Below are positions 35,150 to 45,924 of a DNA stretch of 64,000 nt, one piece after another; position 1 is the stretch's first letter, and each line of letters starts with the position of its first letter. The notes under the pieces are model-generated. The model ran no database searches and was not told the origin of the DNA. It saw only the letters and a list, made by a program, of their open reading frames with translations. The stretch is from positions 55,207 through 119,206 of the IMG/VR virus record IMGVR_UViG_3300038406_000196. One strand, given 5' to 3'. A program made the position numbers and the translations under genes. The DNA comes from a virus.

Positions 35150-35440
35150 TCAGACCCGCGGCGGCCAGCACCAGGAGCCGGGTGGGATTTCGCCGTCGCC
35201 CGGCAGCCCCTGCGGCACGTTGAACTCGGGGAACCCGCCGGTGCCGGCGTTGATGCCGGAGGCGGCCGGGGTGAACACCCACAGGTGGACGTGGGACTCA
35301 TCGGTGAGCGCGGGAACCTGCCCGGCTTCGACGCCGCGCGGGTCGAGCGTGTCGACCGTGGCGGTGACGATGGCGGCGCGCATGGTGTGCAGTCCCTGCC
35401 TGCCCCGGTAGTGGATGATCCTTCCGAGCGTCGGCTTCAC
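35150..35440 (-). CDS. Hypothetical phage protein
   Basis: KPTLGRIIHY...RAAIVT...WCWPPRV. Confidence 0.7.
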   Translation of the reverse strand: MKPTLGRIIHYRGRQGLHTMRAAIVTATVDTLDPRGVEAGQVPALTDESHVHLWVFTPAASGINAGTGGFPEFNVPQGLPGDGEIPPGSWCWPPRV

Positions 35441-35568
35441 CCTGGCTCCTTTCGTACGGCTGTGCTAGGTTGACGCGTACAGCGTCGACTGGGACCATGG
35501 ACTGCGACGGCGCGCAGATCCTCGGCAAGGGATACCCGAGGTACACCACCACCGGGTGGTGAACTCGG

Positions 35569-35817
35569 CTAGCCGCCGTCCTTGCCCGGCGTGGGTGGCA
35601 CGTCTGTGTCCGACCCGCGCAGCGCCTGCTCCAGCTGCTCGATCCTCGCGGTCATCACGTCACGCTGCCGGTTGACCATCACGTGCACTTCCTGTACCTG
35701 GACCTGCGTCTGCTGCACCTGGGCCTGCGCCTGTTGCACCTGCCGGCGGGTGCGCCACGTCGTCACCGCGGTGACCAGCACCACCACTGCGGTCACGAAC
35801 GCCAACACCTCGGTCAC
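35569..35817 (-). CDS. Membrane-anchored coiled-coil lysis-region protein
   Basis: TM helix then EVHVMVN. Confidence 0.65.
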   Translation of the reverse strand: MTEVLAFVTAVVVLVTAVTTWRTRRQVQQAQAQVQQTQVQVQEVHVMVNRQRDVMTARIEQLEQALRGSDTDVPPTPGKDGG

Positions 35818-36134
35818 GATCCACCACCTCGGTCAGCAGTCGAAGCCCTCGACCCTCCGGAGACGCCGTGGCGGGCACGCCACAGCAGCAGCAGCCACCC
35901 CACCACCACCGCATCCATCGCCCCATACACCAGCGCGTACATCCACAGCGGCGGCGTATGCCCGGTGCCCAACAAAACCAGCCCCACCGCCTCCAACATG
36001 GACACCACGGTCATGGCGAGCAGCTGCCAGCTCACCGCGTTGCGGCGCCGCAACATGCCCCGCACGTGCGCCGCCAAGAACACACCCAACAGGACGAACA
36101 GCGCCACGATCTCGCCGACGATCAGCCCCACCAT
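35814..36134 (-). CDS. Putative holin/membrane protein
   Basis: Three TM segments in the lysis cassette. Confidence 0.65.
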   Translation of the reverse strand: MVGLIVGEIVALFVLLGVFLAAHVRGMLRRRNAVSWQLLAMTVVSMLEAVGLVLLGTGHTPPLWMYALVYGAMDAVVVGWLLLLWRARHGVSGGSRASTADRGGGS

Positions 36135-36322
36135 CAGGCACCGCCCCTCAGCGCCGCCTCAATCCACGCCGACAGCACATCCCGTGCCTGGTTGACCTCG
36201 GGCCAGTCGCTGCGGGCCTCATGCAGCCGCCGCTCCTGCTCCCGGCGGGCCCGCACGGCAGCCTCCCGCCCCGCCGCCACGTAGTCGGCCCGCCTGCGGC
36301 GCCGCCGCCACGGCCACCTCAT
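36134..36322 (-). CDS. Small basic lysis-region protein
   Basis: MRWPWRRR; coupled to neighbours. Confidence 0.6.
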   Translation of the reverse strand: MRWPWRRRRRRADYVAAGREAAVRARREQERRLHEARSDWPEVNQARDVLSAWIEAALRGGA

Positions 36323-36603
36323 GGCGTACCAGCCGAACCCTTGACCGCGGACAGCACAGTCCACAGCTGCCGGTCCCGCTCGTCTGCGCGGGCGTTGGCC
36401 AGCTCGGCGGAAACCCGCCAGTCGTCGGCCCGCCGCCGCTCCGCCGCCACCGCCTCCGCCTTGGCACGTTCAGCTGCCCGGTGCAAGATCCCGAACACGG
36501 CGGCGATGCCACCGACCAGCCCGCTTTGCACCACCCACAGCACCAGCGTTGGGGGACCGTCGGCGAGGGCCTGCTGCGCGATCAGCAGATGGTATCCGGT
36601 CAC
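36319..36603 (-). CDS. Membrane-anchored lysis-region protein
   Basis: TM plus coiled coil. Confidence 0.6.
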   Translation of the reverse strand: MTGYHLLIAQQALADGPPTLVLWVVQSGLVGGIAAVFGILHRAAERAKAEAVAAERRRADDWRVSAELANARADERDRQLWTVLSAVKGSAGTP

Positions 36604-36609
36604 CGCAGG

Positions 36610-37614
36610 TCAACCCTCGGTGTCGCCCGCATCTGTGGCCGTGCCGAGCCGGCGGCCGATCTCGTCCACCACCTCGGTCGCATTCAGCTCCCCGGACTGG
36701 GCCCGCCCGACCAGCTCCGCCAGCTCGGCACGCTCCCGTGACGCCTCCGCGAGCAGGTCCTGCAGCTCACCCAGCTCGGCGCGGCGTTCGGCCCGCTCCC
36801 GCTGCGCGGCCTTGTCCAGCTCGGCACGCACCGCAGCCGTCACGTCCTGGCCGCCGAGCTTGGCCAGGATAGCCGCCTGCCCGGCGAGGATTTCCTTGCC
36901 GTACTTGGTGATCCGGTCCTTGCCGAGCCGGCTGTGGCCGTAGCCGGACGCCCACGCGGTCTCGGCGGTCATCGTGCCACGGTTGCTACCACCGATCTCC
37001 GGGTACTCCTCCATGACCCACGCCGGCACCTTCAGTCGATCTTTCGGGTCCACGTCGTCGTCCTCACTTCCGTCTGCGATCTGCTTGGCACGCTTGACAA
37101 TGGCGGCCTTAGCGCCAATGACTCCCGAGCCGGGGCATTCGTCGTGGCCCCAGTTCTCGCCCAGCCACTCGCGGTCCATTGCGTGATGCCCCAGACCGCG
37201 TTCGCCCGGATGGTCAGCGATGGCGATCGGATGCCCGTAGACACGCGCCGACCAGGCCAGCAGCTGCGCGCACGCCTCCACCTGCCATGCGGTCGGCTTC
37301 GCCGGGGCGAAACCGGCCAACTCGATCGACAGCCAGGTACGGGAGCCGTCCCGTTGCGTCCAGGCGACCGCGTCGGTGTCGACCATCTGCGCCCACTCGC
37401 CCGGCTCCTTGCCCACCACCCACGTCGAGGAGGTGGTGACCCTCGTGCCGTCGGCGTACCGCTGGTTCGGGTTCATCTGCCACCCGATCGTGCCCCGGTA
37501 GCTGCCCTGGGCGATGTGCAGCACGACACCCCGGTGAGCGGACATCGTCCCGCCGTGGTTGGGTGAGGTGTGCTGCTCGATCACCCGCCCGGCAAGCTGT
37601 TTCACGCGCGCCAT
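36610..37614 (-). CDS. Endolysin, N-acetylmuramoyl-L-alanine amidase
   Basis: VVLHIA, QMVD...AW, LSIE, LGHH, HDECPG. Confidence 0.9.
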   Translation of the reverse strand: MARVKQLAGRVIEQHTSPNHGGTMSAHRGVVLHIAQGSYRGTIGWQMNPNQRYADGTRVTTSSTWVVGKEPGEWAQMVDTDAVAWTQRDGSRTWLSIELAGFAPAKPTAWQVEACAQLLAWSARVYGHPIAIADHPGERGLGHHAMDREWLGENWGHDECPGSGVIGAKAAIVKRAKQIADGSEDDDVDPKDRLKVPAWVMEEYPEIGGSNRGTMTAETAWASGYGHSRLGKDRITKYGKEILAGQAAILAKLGGQDVTAAVRAELDKAAQRERAERRAELGELQDLLAEASRERAELAELVGRAQSGELNATEVVDEIGRRLGTATDAGDTEG

Positions 37615-37659
37615 CGGACCCTCCCTCGGGTGAGTGGCTGTACCCGGCGCACACCGGGA

Positions 37660-38190
37660 CTACGGCGGCCCGACGTATTTGATCCCCACGCTTGACCGCA
37701 GTGAGGCCGTGGTGGCGGTGTTCAGCGCTCCGCCGCTGCTCTGCCAACCACCCAGCTCCACATAGTCTGTGGTGCCGTTCAGCAGCACCGACACGGTCCG
37801 CATCGGGATGGTCGGCTGGGCACTGACCACCGTCGAGTTGGTGACGACGACAGTGCGCCCGGATGCCAGTAGGCTGCCGTTGAGCCACCACGCCCCGCCG
37901 CGGCGGGTGCCGCCGGAACTGGACGCGTAGCCGACGGCGCCGGACAGCTCGTACCAGCCGGCTGCGGTGGGCGTGTACCGGCTGGGGTTGACGCCGGAGT
38001 TCCAGCCGCCGAGCAGGTCGAGGTCGGCCGTGTCCCACACCAGCGCGTCGGCGACGACCGGGGTGGTGGTCTGCTGGGAGATGGACTGGGCCACCGTCTG
38101 GTGCAGTTGCAGTACCAGCCGGCCGATCATCTGCCCGGTGTTGAGACGTTCCTCAGTGAGCCGGTTGCCCGGCAGAAACGGTGTGGTCAT
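37660..38190 (-). CDS. Minor tail / receptor-binding protein (C1q/TNF-like)
   Basis: SRYTPTAAGWYELSG...LNGTTDYVEL...QSSGGALN. Confidence 0.75.
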   Translation of the reverse strand: MTTPFLPGNRLTEERLNTGQMIGRLVLQLHQTVAQSISQQTTTPVVADALVWDTADLDLLGGWNSGVNPSRYTPTAAGWYELSGAVGYASSSGGTRRGGAWWLNGSLLASGRTVVVTNSTVVSAQPTIPMRTVSVLLNGTTDYVELGGWQSSGGALNTATTASLRSSVGIKYVGPP

Positions 38191-40994
38191 CAGAGTCCCA
38201 CTCTCGCCGGGTGTGCAACGTGGACTGCCGAGCCCGCGTCGTGGGCGCGGACGATCCCGTTGGCGGCACGGACGACGGTGAACGTCTGCGGCGACGACGC
38301 GCCGGTGATGTCAGTGACTTGCATCCACTCTCCGTTGATGTCAATCACCAGCGGCCCGCCGTGCAGGTCGTCGTCCCAGTCGTCCGGGTCGACAGTCCAC
38401 AACCCCCGCAGCGGGCTGCTGGTGTCGGTGGCCACCGACAGAGTGGTGTCATCAGAGTCGATCCCCGAGGCGAGGGTGGACCAGTCGGTGTCGACAGCCT
38501 GCCCGCGTGCATCCTCGGAGCCGTCTGCGGCTGCCACCTGGCCGATCTCGTACGGCCCGTACGGGGAGCAGTTGACCTCTGTCTCCCAGGCGGTGGGGCG
38601 GATCGTCTCCGCATAGCCCTGCAGGATCAGTGTCACGTCGTTTGGTGGGTGCTGGGGTGGCAGGTTGGTGACGTCGATGCGGTCGCCCGCATCCAGCGGC
38701 AGCCAGCCGGTTATCAGCCCCGGCCTCGCGTTCAGCGCAGGTGTGACGGCCGGGTAGCGCATCCCCGGCCAGGTGCCAAGGTGCAGCCGCCACGTGGCCT
38801 GGCCGGGCAGCTGGTCGTCGGAGGCGACGTTCAGCTCCACCTCGACGTTCCGCAGCCCCCGCCGGTCGATGTCGGACGGGTCGGTGGCGCGGGCAGATGA
38901 TCCGTCGGTGCGGGTGACGGTCACGTCGTTGGTCGCGGCCTGGTCGTCCAGCACGGGCGCGAACGGGTTGACGATGTCGCCCTGGTTGTCCGCATCCGCG
39001 TCCAGGGTGAGCGCCGGGTCCTGGTTGTACAGACTCACCAACGGCCGGTAGGACAGGCCCAGCGCGTCACGGGACTCGAACAGGATCCCGCCGTCGGCGT
39101 CGGCGGCGACCTGCAAAATCTCCACGAGGGTGGCGATCTGCTGCGGGCCAAGCGCCGCGCTCGCCGGGACTGCCTGCACGGCGAAGTCGTCGAAGTCGAT
39201 CGGGTTGACGGTGGTGTCGAAGGAGAACCCAGCACAGCCTGCCAGTGCGGTTTCGGTGTGGGAGTGGTCGAACGCCTCGGCCATCCACTCCGACGGCTCC
39301 TCGGTCCCGGCCGGCCACACCTTGGCCCGAAGCCGGGTGCCCGCAACCTGGCCGACCAGCTGGTACCGGTCGTTGGCCGCGAAAGCCAGGTCGAGGCGGG
39401 TCGAGGTCAGCAGTTCATACACGGTGGCGACGCGCCGCCACACGTCCAGGTGCATGACCTGGCTCCCGTCGCCGGTCGTCACGTTGATCGCGAACTCGTA
39501 GTAGTTCCCGGTGTCGGTGTACCGGGCGAGGAGGCTGGCGTCGTACTCGCCGTCCTCGTCCGGAGCTGCGGTAAACGCCACCGACGCCGCGACCTCCACG
39601 TCCGGCTCGTCGACGGGCAGGGTGATCCACCGTCCGGAGTCGAGGCCGTCGATCACCCCGACACCGCCGGCCACGGTGAAGTCGGCCGCATCGTCGTCCG
39701 GGGTCCAGGTTTGGCCGCTGTCGGCTGTCCCCCAGCCGCCGGTGACGCTGCGGGTGAACGTGTCGGCGGCCAGCTCAGGTCGGGCCACCTGGAGAGGCAG
39801 CCGCACCTCCAGGGCCAGCCGGCGGAACCGGTCCAGCGTGCTCTCGCCGGCGAAGCCAGTGACCGCAGGCCATGTCGGCAGCGGCTGGACGAGGGCGTTG
39901 TCGTAGGCGGCCACGTGCCCCACCCGCAGCTCGTTGCCCAGGATCGCGATCGACCGTGGCCAGTCGGTCTGTGGGGCGAACGACTGGGTACCGTCGTCCA
40001 CCTCCACACCGTCGACGTCGAGGGTCCAGGCCACGCCGCTTGGCGCTGGTGCCGCGTACAGGCGCACCTGGTGGTATGTGCCTCGGTCGACCGCCTCGGT
40101 CGTCAGGCTGGTGGGTGAAGTTTCGTCGTCCGGCGCCCACGTGAGTTCGATGGTGAGGGTTTCACCAGCCAGCGTGGCGTCGACGATCCACACAGCACCC
40201 TCGCCGTCGGTTACGGTCATACTCCAGACAGCCCCGCCGGGGGTGTCATCCTCTACCGCGAACACGCTCTCCACAACCCAGGACGATGACCCGGACAGCG
40301 GCAGCGTGCACCGCAGCTCCCCGGCAGAGGTCACGCCAGCGGTGAGCCGGATGCTTGGACCTGAGCCGGGCGAGACGGGTTCCTGCCCAAGGTCCACCAG
40401 CGCCGTGCCGGTCAGCCGTGCCGGCTTCACTCCCGGTATCGGGGAGGCCACGAATGAGGCATCTTCGGCGTCCTCCAGCGGCCAGTAGGCCACCACGCTG
40501 GGGCGGGACATCGTGGCCCGGAAGATCGCTGATTGCAGTGGCGCGGAGGTGGTTTGGAGGCGTTGCAGGATGCCAGCGCATCGGATGGTCACCAGGGCGT
40601 GGCCGCGTAGCGCCTCCTCGTCCTCCAACTGGGACAGGTCGGCGAGGTCCGACAGGTCCCCTTCGGGCCACACCGGCTCCCACGATGCGACCTGGCCGAC
40701 GAACCGGACCGAACCCTGCACGGTGATCCGCACCGGTATACCGGTGACCACATCCGGGTAGTGCGATGACATCGGATGGTCTGGGGTGTAGGCACCGGAG
40801 ATGTTGTCCAGGACGATGGTGCAGTCGCCCGGCTGGGCTTCGGACTGCTCATCCTGCCGGCCCCGGTTGATGGTGATGGCCTGGGCGGGCAGGTCGGCGG
40901 TGACATCCGTCCACGTCCACGAGTCGGGGTCGGCGATGTCGGCGCCGAACGCCAGCTCCACGACCGTGGTCGACTGCGGATCGGGGAAGGTCAC
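38190..40994 (-). CDS. Large minor tail (baseplate hub) protein
   Basis: Follows tape measure; WTDVT, INRGR, LDN, YWPLED, FTVVRAANG; lectin-like inserts. Confidence 0.85.
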   Translation of the reverse strand: MTFPDPQSTTVVELAFGADIADPDSWTWTDVTADLPAQAITINRGRQDEQSEAQPGDCTIVLDNISGAYTPDHPMSSHYPDVVTGIPVRITVQGSVRFVGQVASWEPVWPEGDLSDLADLSQLEDEEALRGHALVTIRCAGILQRLQTTSAPLQSAIFRATMSRPSVVAYWPLEDAEDASFVASPIPGVKPARLTGTALVDLGQEPVSPGSGPSIRLTAGVTSAGELRCTLPLSGSSSWVVESVFAVEDDTPGGAVWSMTVTDGEGAVWIVDATLAGETLTIELTWAPDDETSPTSLTTEAVDRGTYHQVRLYAAPAPSGVAWTLDVDGVEVDDGTQSFAPQTDWPRSIAILGNELRVGHVAAYDNALVQPLPTWPAVTGFAGESTLDRFRRLALEVRLPLQVARPELAADTFTRSVTGGWGTADSGQTWTPDDDAADFTVAGGVGVIDGLDSGRWITLPVDEPDVEVAASVAFTAAPDEDGEYDASLLARYTDTGNYYEFAINVTTGDGSQVMHLDVWRRVATVYELLTSTRLDLAFAANDRYQLVGQVAGTRLRAKVWPAGTEEPSEWMAEAFDHSHTETALAGCAGFSFDTTVNPIDFDDFAVQAVPASAALGPQQIATLVEILQVAADADGGILFESRDALGLSYRPLVSLYNQDPALTLDADADNQGDIVNPFAPVLDDQAATNDVTVTRTDGSSARATDPSDIDRRGLRNVEVELNVASDDQLPGQATWRLHLGTWPGMRYPAVTPALNARPGLITGWLPLDAGDRIDVTNLPPQHPPNDVTLILQGYAETIRPTAWETEVNCSPYGPYEIGQVAAADGSEDARGQAVDTDWSTLASGIDSDDTTLSVATDTSSPLRGLWTVDPDDWDDDLHGGPLVIDINGEWMQVTDITGASSPQTFTVVRAANGIVRAHDAGSAVHVAHPARVGL

Positions 40995-43900
40995 GCCCGC
41001 GCTCCGATGAACCGCTGCACGTTGCCGCCGCCCTTGGTCCTGACGGCGTAGGTGAGCCACGTCTGCAACGCACGGGGAAGCCCGGTGGCGTCGATGACCA
41101 CCGGCTGCTGCGGTTCGGGCGCGGTCGAGTCGAACCGGCCCAACCCGGACATCACGTCATGGCGGACCGCGAAGTTGCCGGCGATGTCGTCGGTGACTCC
41201 CGTCAGGGTGGACCGAACCGCCGGGATCTGCGCCTGGAGACCGCGCTGGAACCCCTGCAGCACCGCCCGGCCTGAGCCGTATAGCAGCTTGAGGTCCCGC
41301 TGCATCGGACCCTTCCACGACGGCAGCAGGTCGGTCAGGTCACCCAGCAGGTCCCGGACCGCCTGGAACTTGGAGTTGATGCCGTCCAGCAGCCCCTGGA
41401 TCAGGTCACGGCCGGCTGACCACAGCTTCGAGCCGAGGTTCCCGACGGCGGACACCACCCGGTCCTTGAGGCCACGCAGCCAGTCACGCACCGACCTGTA
41501 CCGGTCGGTGATGCCGTTACGCAACCCGGAGAGCAGGCTGCGGCCCCGCGACTTCAGGGTGTTGGCGAGACTGCCGATGGCGGACGCCACCCGGCGACCC
41601 AACCCGACGAACCAGGTACGGACCGCCTTGAACCCGTTCGTCACCGCCCGGAAGAAGCCCTTGATGACATCGATGCCCTTCTTGCGAAGGGTCGCGCTGG
41701 TGTTGCCCACCCAGGATGCGATATTGCCTGGCAGGGCACCAAACCAGGCGCCGATGGCAGAGAAGAAGGATGCCACTGCCTCCCAGGCGGTCACGAACGC
41801 GCCACCGATCGCCGACCCGATGCCGCCCCAGTCGATGCCGGACAGTAGGTCGATGATCCACCCCAGCGGCGCGGCCACCGCAGGCAGAATCTCAGACAGC
41901 AGGTACATGGAAGCGGCCACCGACTGCACCAGGAATGTGAGGGACGCGAGCGCACCAGGGGTGGCCAGCCGTAGCACGAGTAGCAGCAGCTGGGAGATCA
42001 TCGGCACGAGCGGCACCAGCTCGGTGACCAGGTCTGCCAGGGCCAGGGCCAGCTGCAGCCCAGCGTCCACAAGGGTGGGTAGCTGCGGTGCGAGCTGGAT
42101 GAACGCGTCGACCAGCGCTTGCAGCAAACCGGTCTCGTGATCGGTGATCGCCTCGAACAGCAGTACGAACGCGTCCACCAGATCGGGTAGGGCGTCGGCG
42201 AGTTGCCCGGCCATCTGCTCCGCAAGCTCGGCCACGACAGGGATCAGTGGCTCGAACGCCTCGAAGATCGCCACACCGGCATCGGCGAAAACGGGCAGCA
42301 GCTTCTCGGTCAAATCCAGCAGAAGCGGCAGGAAACGGGTGGAGAACTCCAGCGCCAGCGCGGAGAAGACCTCAATCAGCGACCCCAGGATGGGGGCGAC
42401 CGCCTGGATGACCCCTGACAGCTCCACGAAAATCGTTGCCAGCGCCGCGCCGAGCAGCGGCAGCAGCGGGGCTACCGCCTCCAGGATCGCCCCGAGCGCC
42501 TCGCCGACAGGTTTCGCGGCCGGTGCCAGTAGGGCCAGCCCATCGGCGAGGGCGAGGAGGAACGTCTCGACGCCGGGTGCGATCCCCACCACCAGATCGG
42601 AGAGGATCTCGGCCAGCGGCAGCAGTGCCTTGCCTAGCGCCACTGTGGATGGTCCGAGGGCGATGAACCCCGGCGCCAGCGCCGCGAGGGCATCGGCAAG
42701 ATCTTCGATGAACACTTCGAGGAACGGGGCGGTCTGCTCGGCGATGTCGGCGAGTGCCCCAGCTACCACACCGATGCCACGGCCAAGGGCCAGCAGGACG
42801 GGCATCAGTGCGTCGCCGATGCGGTTCAGCTCAACGAAGAAGTCGGTGATCGCCGACTGGCCTTCGGTCGAGTTGACCAGCTCGTTGAGCCGGTCCAGGA
42901 ACCCGAATACGCCAGCCCCGCCTGCGGCACCAGCGGCGCCGAAGACGCCCTTGATGATCCCGCCAATGTCCACAAGGGCCGACCCGAGCAGCTTCAGGGC
43001 GTCGAACCCGTCGAGGATCAGCTGCCGCAGCTCACCGGAGCGGGCCATGTCGGAGATCCGGTCGGCCAGCTCCACGATCTTCTCGCCGAGCCCGGCCGAA
43101 ATGTCCGCCAGAACATCCGCACCGACCGCAGCCGTGTCGAGCAGGGCACGCAGCACCGGACCCACGGCCACGGCGAGCCCGCCCAGGGCACGCCTTGCCG
43201 CGTCAAGGATCTCCGCCAGCCGGATCTGGCTGGCTTCAGTGGCCAACGTGCGCAGCCCGGTCTTGATGACCCCGTTCAGCACCCCGGCAACACCGACCAG
43301 GCCACGGCGCAGCACCGGCAGCTGCGCCTCGGCCAGCGCGGTCACCTCGGCCGCGACACCCTCCCACAGGGCCTGCTGCACATCCAGCTTGAGCGCGTCC
43401 CAGGCGGGTTTGAGTGCGATCAGCGCCCGCACCAGCTCCTGAGCGGCCGGCGCCAGCTTCGACATGGCACTCGCGGCGCCGCCACCGGAGGCTGCGGCGG
43501 CGTTCTGGCTGTCGGCAAGATCCTGCTGCGCCTGCGCCAGGTCGTAGTGGGCGTCCGCGATCCGGATCTCCGCCTGGCGTAGCTCGTAGTGCGCGTCGGC
43601 GAGCCGGACCTCCGACTGCCGCAGGTCGTAGTTGGCGTCCGCCAGCCCGAGCTGCGACTGCCGCAGGTCGTAGTTGGCCTGCTCCAGTTCCCGGCCGGCG
43701 GACTCCTGCCGGCGCAGCGCGTCCTGGACCAGGTCGGAGCCCTCGACACCCTTGCGGGAGGCTTCTTCCTGCTCGTCGCCAAGATCTTCGAGCCGGTCCC
43801 GGACTTCGGCGAGGGTTTGCTGCGCCTGCCGGAACCGCAGGTCGGCCCGTTCGATCGCCTCCGGGTCTGCCAGCCTCGCCGACTGCAGGTTGCGTAGCTC

Positions 43901-45040
43901 CCGCTCCGCATCCCGGAGCCCGATGACGGCAGCCTCTTCGTCGAGCTGGGCACCGGCCAGGGCGAGGGTGAGGTCTTCGAGCCGTTCCTTCGCTTCCTTG
44001 CGGGCCCGGTTGAGGTCCTGCTGCGCAAACCGGGACTCTTTCTGCGCGTCACCGAGTCGCCGCTCCGCCAGCGCCACCCCGCGGGATGCCTCTTCCACCC
44101 CACGGGCGGACAGCCGCACCTGCCGGTTGGCCTCGGCCACCCCACGCTGGGCCAGCTCCCGCCCGCGCAGCGCATCGGTGACGGCGCGTTCGGCCAGCTC
44201 GACCTGCCGGGCGGCCCGTTCCATCTGCCGGCCCATGTCCGTCGCTGCCCCGCCTGCACCACCGGCGGCGGAACCGGTTTCCTTCAGCGCCGCACCCAGC
44301 CCCGACGAGCCGATGACCAGGGCGCCGATGCCGGCCCCGGCAATGGCCAGGCCGCCGGGGATCGCCGCGAGGGCACCGGCGGCGGTGACCGCCACCGAGC
44401 CGAGGGCGCCGAGGATCTGGATCAGCCCACCAGCCGCGGCGGCGATACCGGCCAGTGCAGCCGACACGCCTTGGCCGATGGCGCCGATCGCGGCCAGGCC
44501 ACCGGACACGGCCACTGCGGCGATACCGACCCGGCCGAGGATGCCCGCCACCCTGGCCAGGGCGTTGCGGTCTACATCGGCCTTGAGCTTGATCGGCGGC
44601 GCCGCACGGGTGGCGGTGTCGGACGCCTGCCGGCCGGCCCGTACCGAGTCGCGCGTGGACGCCTGCGGCTTGAGGGCGATCGGACCGGCTGCCCGAGTGG
44701 CGGTGGTGGACGCCCGCCGCCCTTCCCGCGCCGCGTCTGGCTCAGATGCGGAAACCGGCAGCCGGATCGGACCACCAGCACGCATCTCCGCATTGGCCAA
44801 GGCTCTGGCCTGCCGCACCGCCCGCTGCACACTGGCCGGGTCGACCTCGACCCCGATGCGGATCTTCTGGTCCCGACCAAGTTCCTTCGACAGCGCCCGG
44901 TCGAGGGCCTTCCCCGCACCGCGAAACGCGCCCTCGACCTCACGGCGCAGCGACCGGGCGAACCCACGAGCCGATGCGGTGACCTCAACTGAAACGCTGC
45001 CAACAGAGACGTCGCCGCCGGGGGAGGTCACAACGACCAC
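40991..45040 (-). CDS. Tape measure protein
   Basis: 1349 aa, Ala/Leu-rich helical with coiled-coil and W/F-periodic repeats; LPSWKGP near the end. Confidence 0.93.
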   Translation of the reverse strand: MVVVTSPGGDVSVGSVSVEVTASARGFARSLRREVEGAFRGAGKALDRALSKELGRDQKIRIGVEVDPASVQRAVRQARALANAEMRAGGPIRLPVSASEPDAAREGRRASTTATRAAGPIALKPQASTRDSVRAGRQASDTATRAAPPIKLKADVDRNALARVAGILGRVGIAAVAVSGGLAAIGAIGQGVSAALAGIAAAAGGLIQILGALGSVAVTAAGALAAIPGGLAIAGAGIGALVIGSSGLGAALKETGSAAGGAGGAATDMGRQMERAARQVELAERAVTDALRGRELAQRGVAEANRQVRLSARGVEEASRGVALAERRLGDAQKESRFAQQDLNRARKEAKERLEDLTLALAGAQLDEEAAVIGLRDAERELRNLQSARLADPEAIERADLRFRQAQQTLAEVRDRLEDLGDEQEEASRKGVEGSDLVQDALRRQESAGRELEQANYDLRQSQLGLADANYDLRQSEVRLADAHYELRQAEIRIADAHYDLAQAQQDLADSQNAAAASGGGAASAMSKLAPAAQELVRALIALKPAWDALKLDVQQALWEGVAAEVTALAEAQLPVLRRGLVGVAGVLNGVIKTGLRTLATEASQIRLAEILDAARRALGGLAVAVGPVLRALLDTAAVGADVLADISAGLGEKIVELADRISDMARSGELRQLILDGFDALKLLGSALVDIGGIIKGVFGAAGAAGGAGVFGFLDRLNELVNSTEGQSAITDFFVELNRIGDALMPVLLALGRGIGVVAGALADIAEQTAPFLEVFIEDLADALAALAPGFIALGPSTVALGKALLPLAEILSDLVVGIAPGVETFLLALADGLALLAPAAKPVGEALGAILEAVAPLLPLLGAALATIFVELSGVIQAVAPILGSLIEVFSALALEFSTRFLPLLLDLTEKLLPVFADAGVAIFEAFEPLIPVVAELAEQMAGQLADALPDLVDAFVLLFEAITDHETGLLQALVDAFIQLAPQLPTLVDAGLQLALALADLVTELVPLVPMISQLLLLVLRLATPGALASLTFLVQSVAASMYLLSEILPAVAAPLGWIIDLLSGIDWGGIGSAIGGAFVTAWEAVASFFSAIGAWFGALPGNIASWVGNTSATLRKKGIDVIKGFFRAVTNGFKAVRTWFVGLGRRVASAIGSLANTLKSRGRSLLSGLRNGITDRYRSVRDWLRGLKDRVVSAVGNLGSKLWSAGRDLIQGLLDGINSKFQAVRDLLGDLTDLLPSWKGPMQRDLKLLYGSGRAVLQGFQRGLQAQIPAVRSTLTGVTDDIAGNFAVRHDVMSGLGRFDSTAPEPQQPVVIDATGLPRALQTWLTYAVRTKGGGNVQRFIGARA

Positions 45041-45052
45041 CCCCGCCCGCAG

Positions 45053-45924
45053 CTACTCGGCTTGCTCCGGTGGTGGTTTGGCCCGTGCTTGTTCGATCGC
45101 CGCCGCCAACGCCTGCTCCGCCACGGTCAGCGGACGTGGCGGCGGCTTCTGGTGGCCGGGTAGCAGCCCCAGGTTCCGCAGCCTCCTCGCCGTGTCCGCC
45201 CCCCGTTCGGCGCGGGACTTCGTCGACCGCCGCTTCCGCCCGTCAGGGACCTTGATCGGCTTCGGCTTCGGGCCTTTCCCGCCACTGCGTTGCCAGTTCG
45301 CCCCGGCGGCGAGGTGAGCGATGCGGGCCAGCAGGTAGTCGCCCACCGACCAGTCCACGGAGTCGCCCAGCACCTCACGCGCGAACGCCGAAGTGCGGGG
45401 CAGCCGTTCGATCAGGCCGAGGAGCTTGCGCGGCGAGACCCGGTCTTCCGGCCGGCCGTAGACCGCCTTGCCGAGGTCGATGCCGTACCGCCACTGGAGG
45501 TCCGCTTCGATCGCCCCGCCGTACCGTTTGAGGAGGCGGCGGAGCTCGAAGCTTCCCCCACGTCCACCCCGCACCACTTCAGCCAGCGGTTGAACAGGTC
45601 AACGGTGGCGCGGATCGGCAACGGGCGCTCCGCTTGGATGGCCTTCCACTGCTCAGGTCCGAACGCCGACTCCAGGGTGCGGCGGATGTCGGACGTGTCC
45701 AGGTCGGCCTTGCCCATCACGTCGAGGATGTTGGTGGGCAGGTCGTACACGTTCGGCAGTTCCCACCGCTGGCCAGCCCAGCGGAACGGGTACGGGTCGG
45801 CGCGGGTTTCGGCGTACAGCCGATCGAGGTCGAACTCGCCGTCGAGGTCGTAGTCGTCTACTGCGGCGCCGATGGTGTCGTCGGTGTCGGGTTCGGGGTC
45901 GCCCCCGATGCGCGGGTCGGTCAT
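45053..45924 (-). CDS. Tail assembly chaperone G (45412-45924) and GT via -1 frameshift (to 45053)
   Basis: Overlapping ORFs before the tape measure; slippery GGGGGAA at 45553-45559 links VG to GSFELRRLL. Confidence 0.85.
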
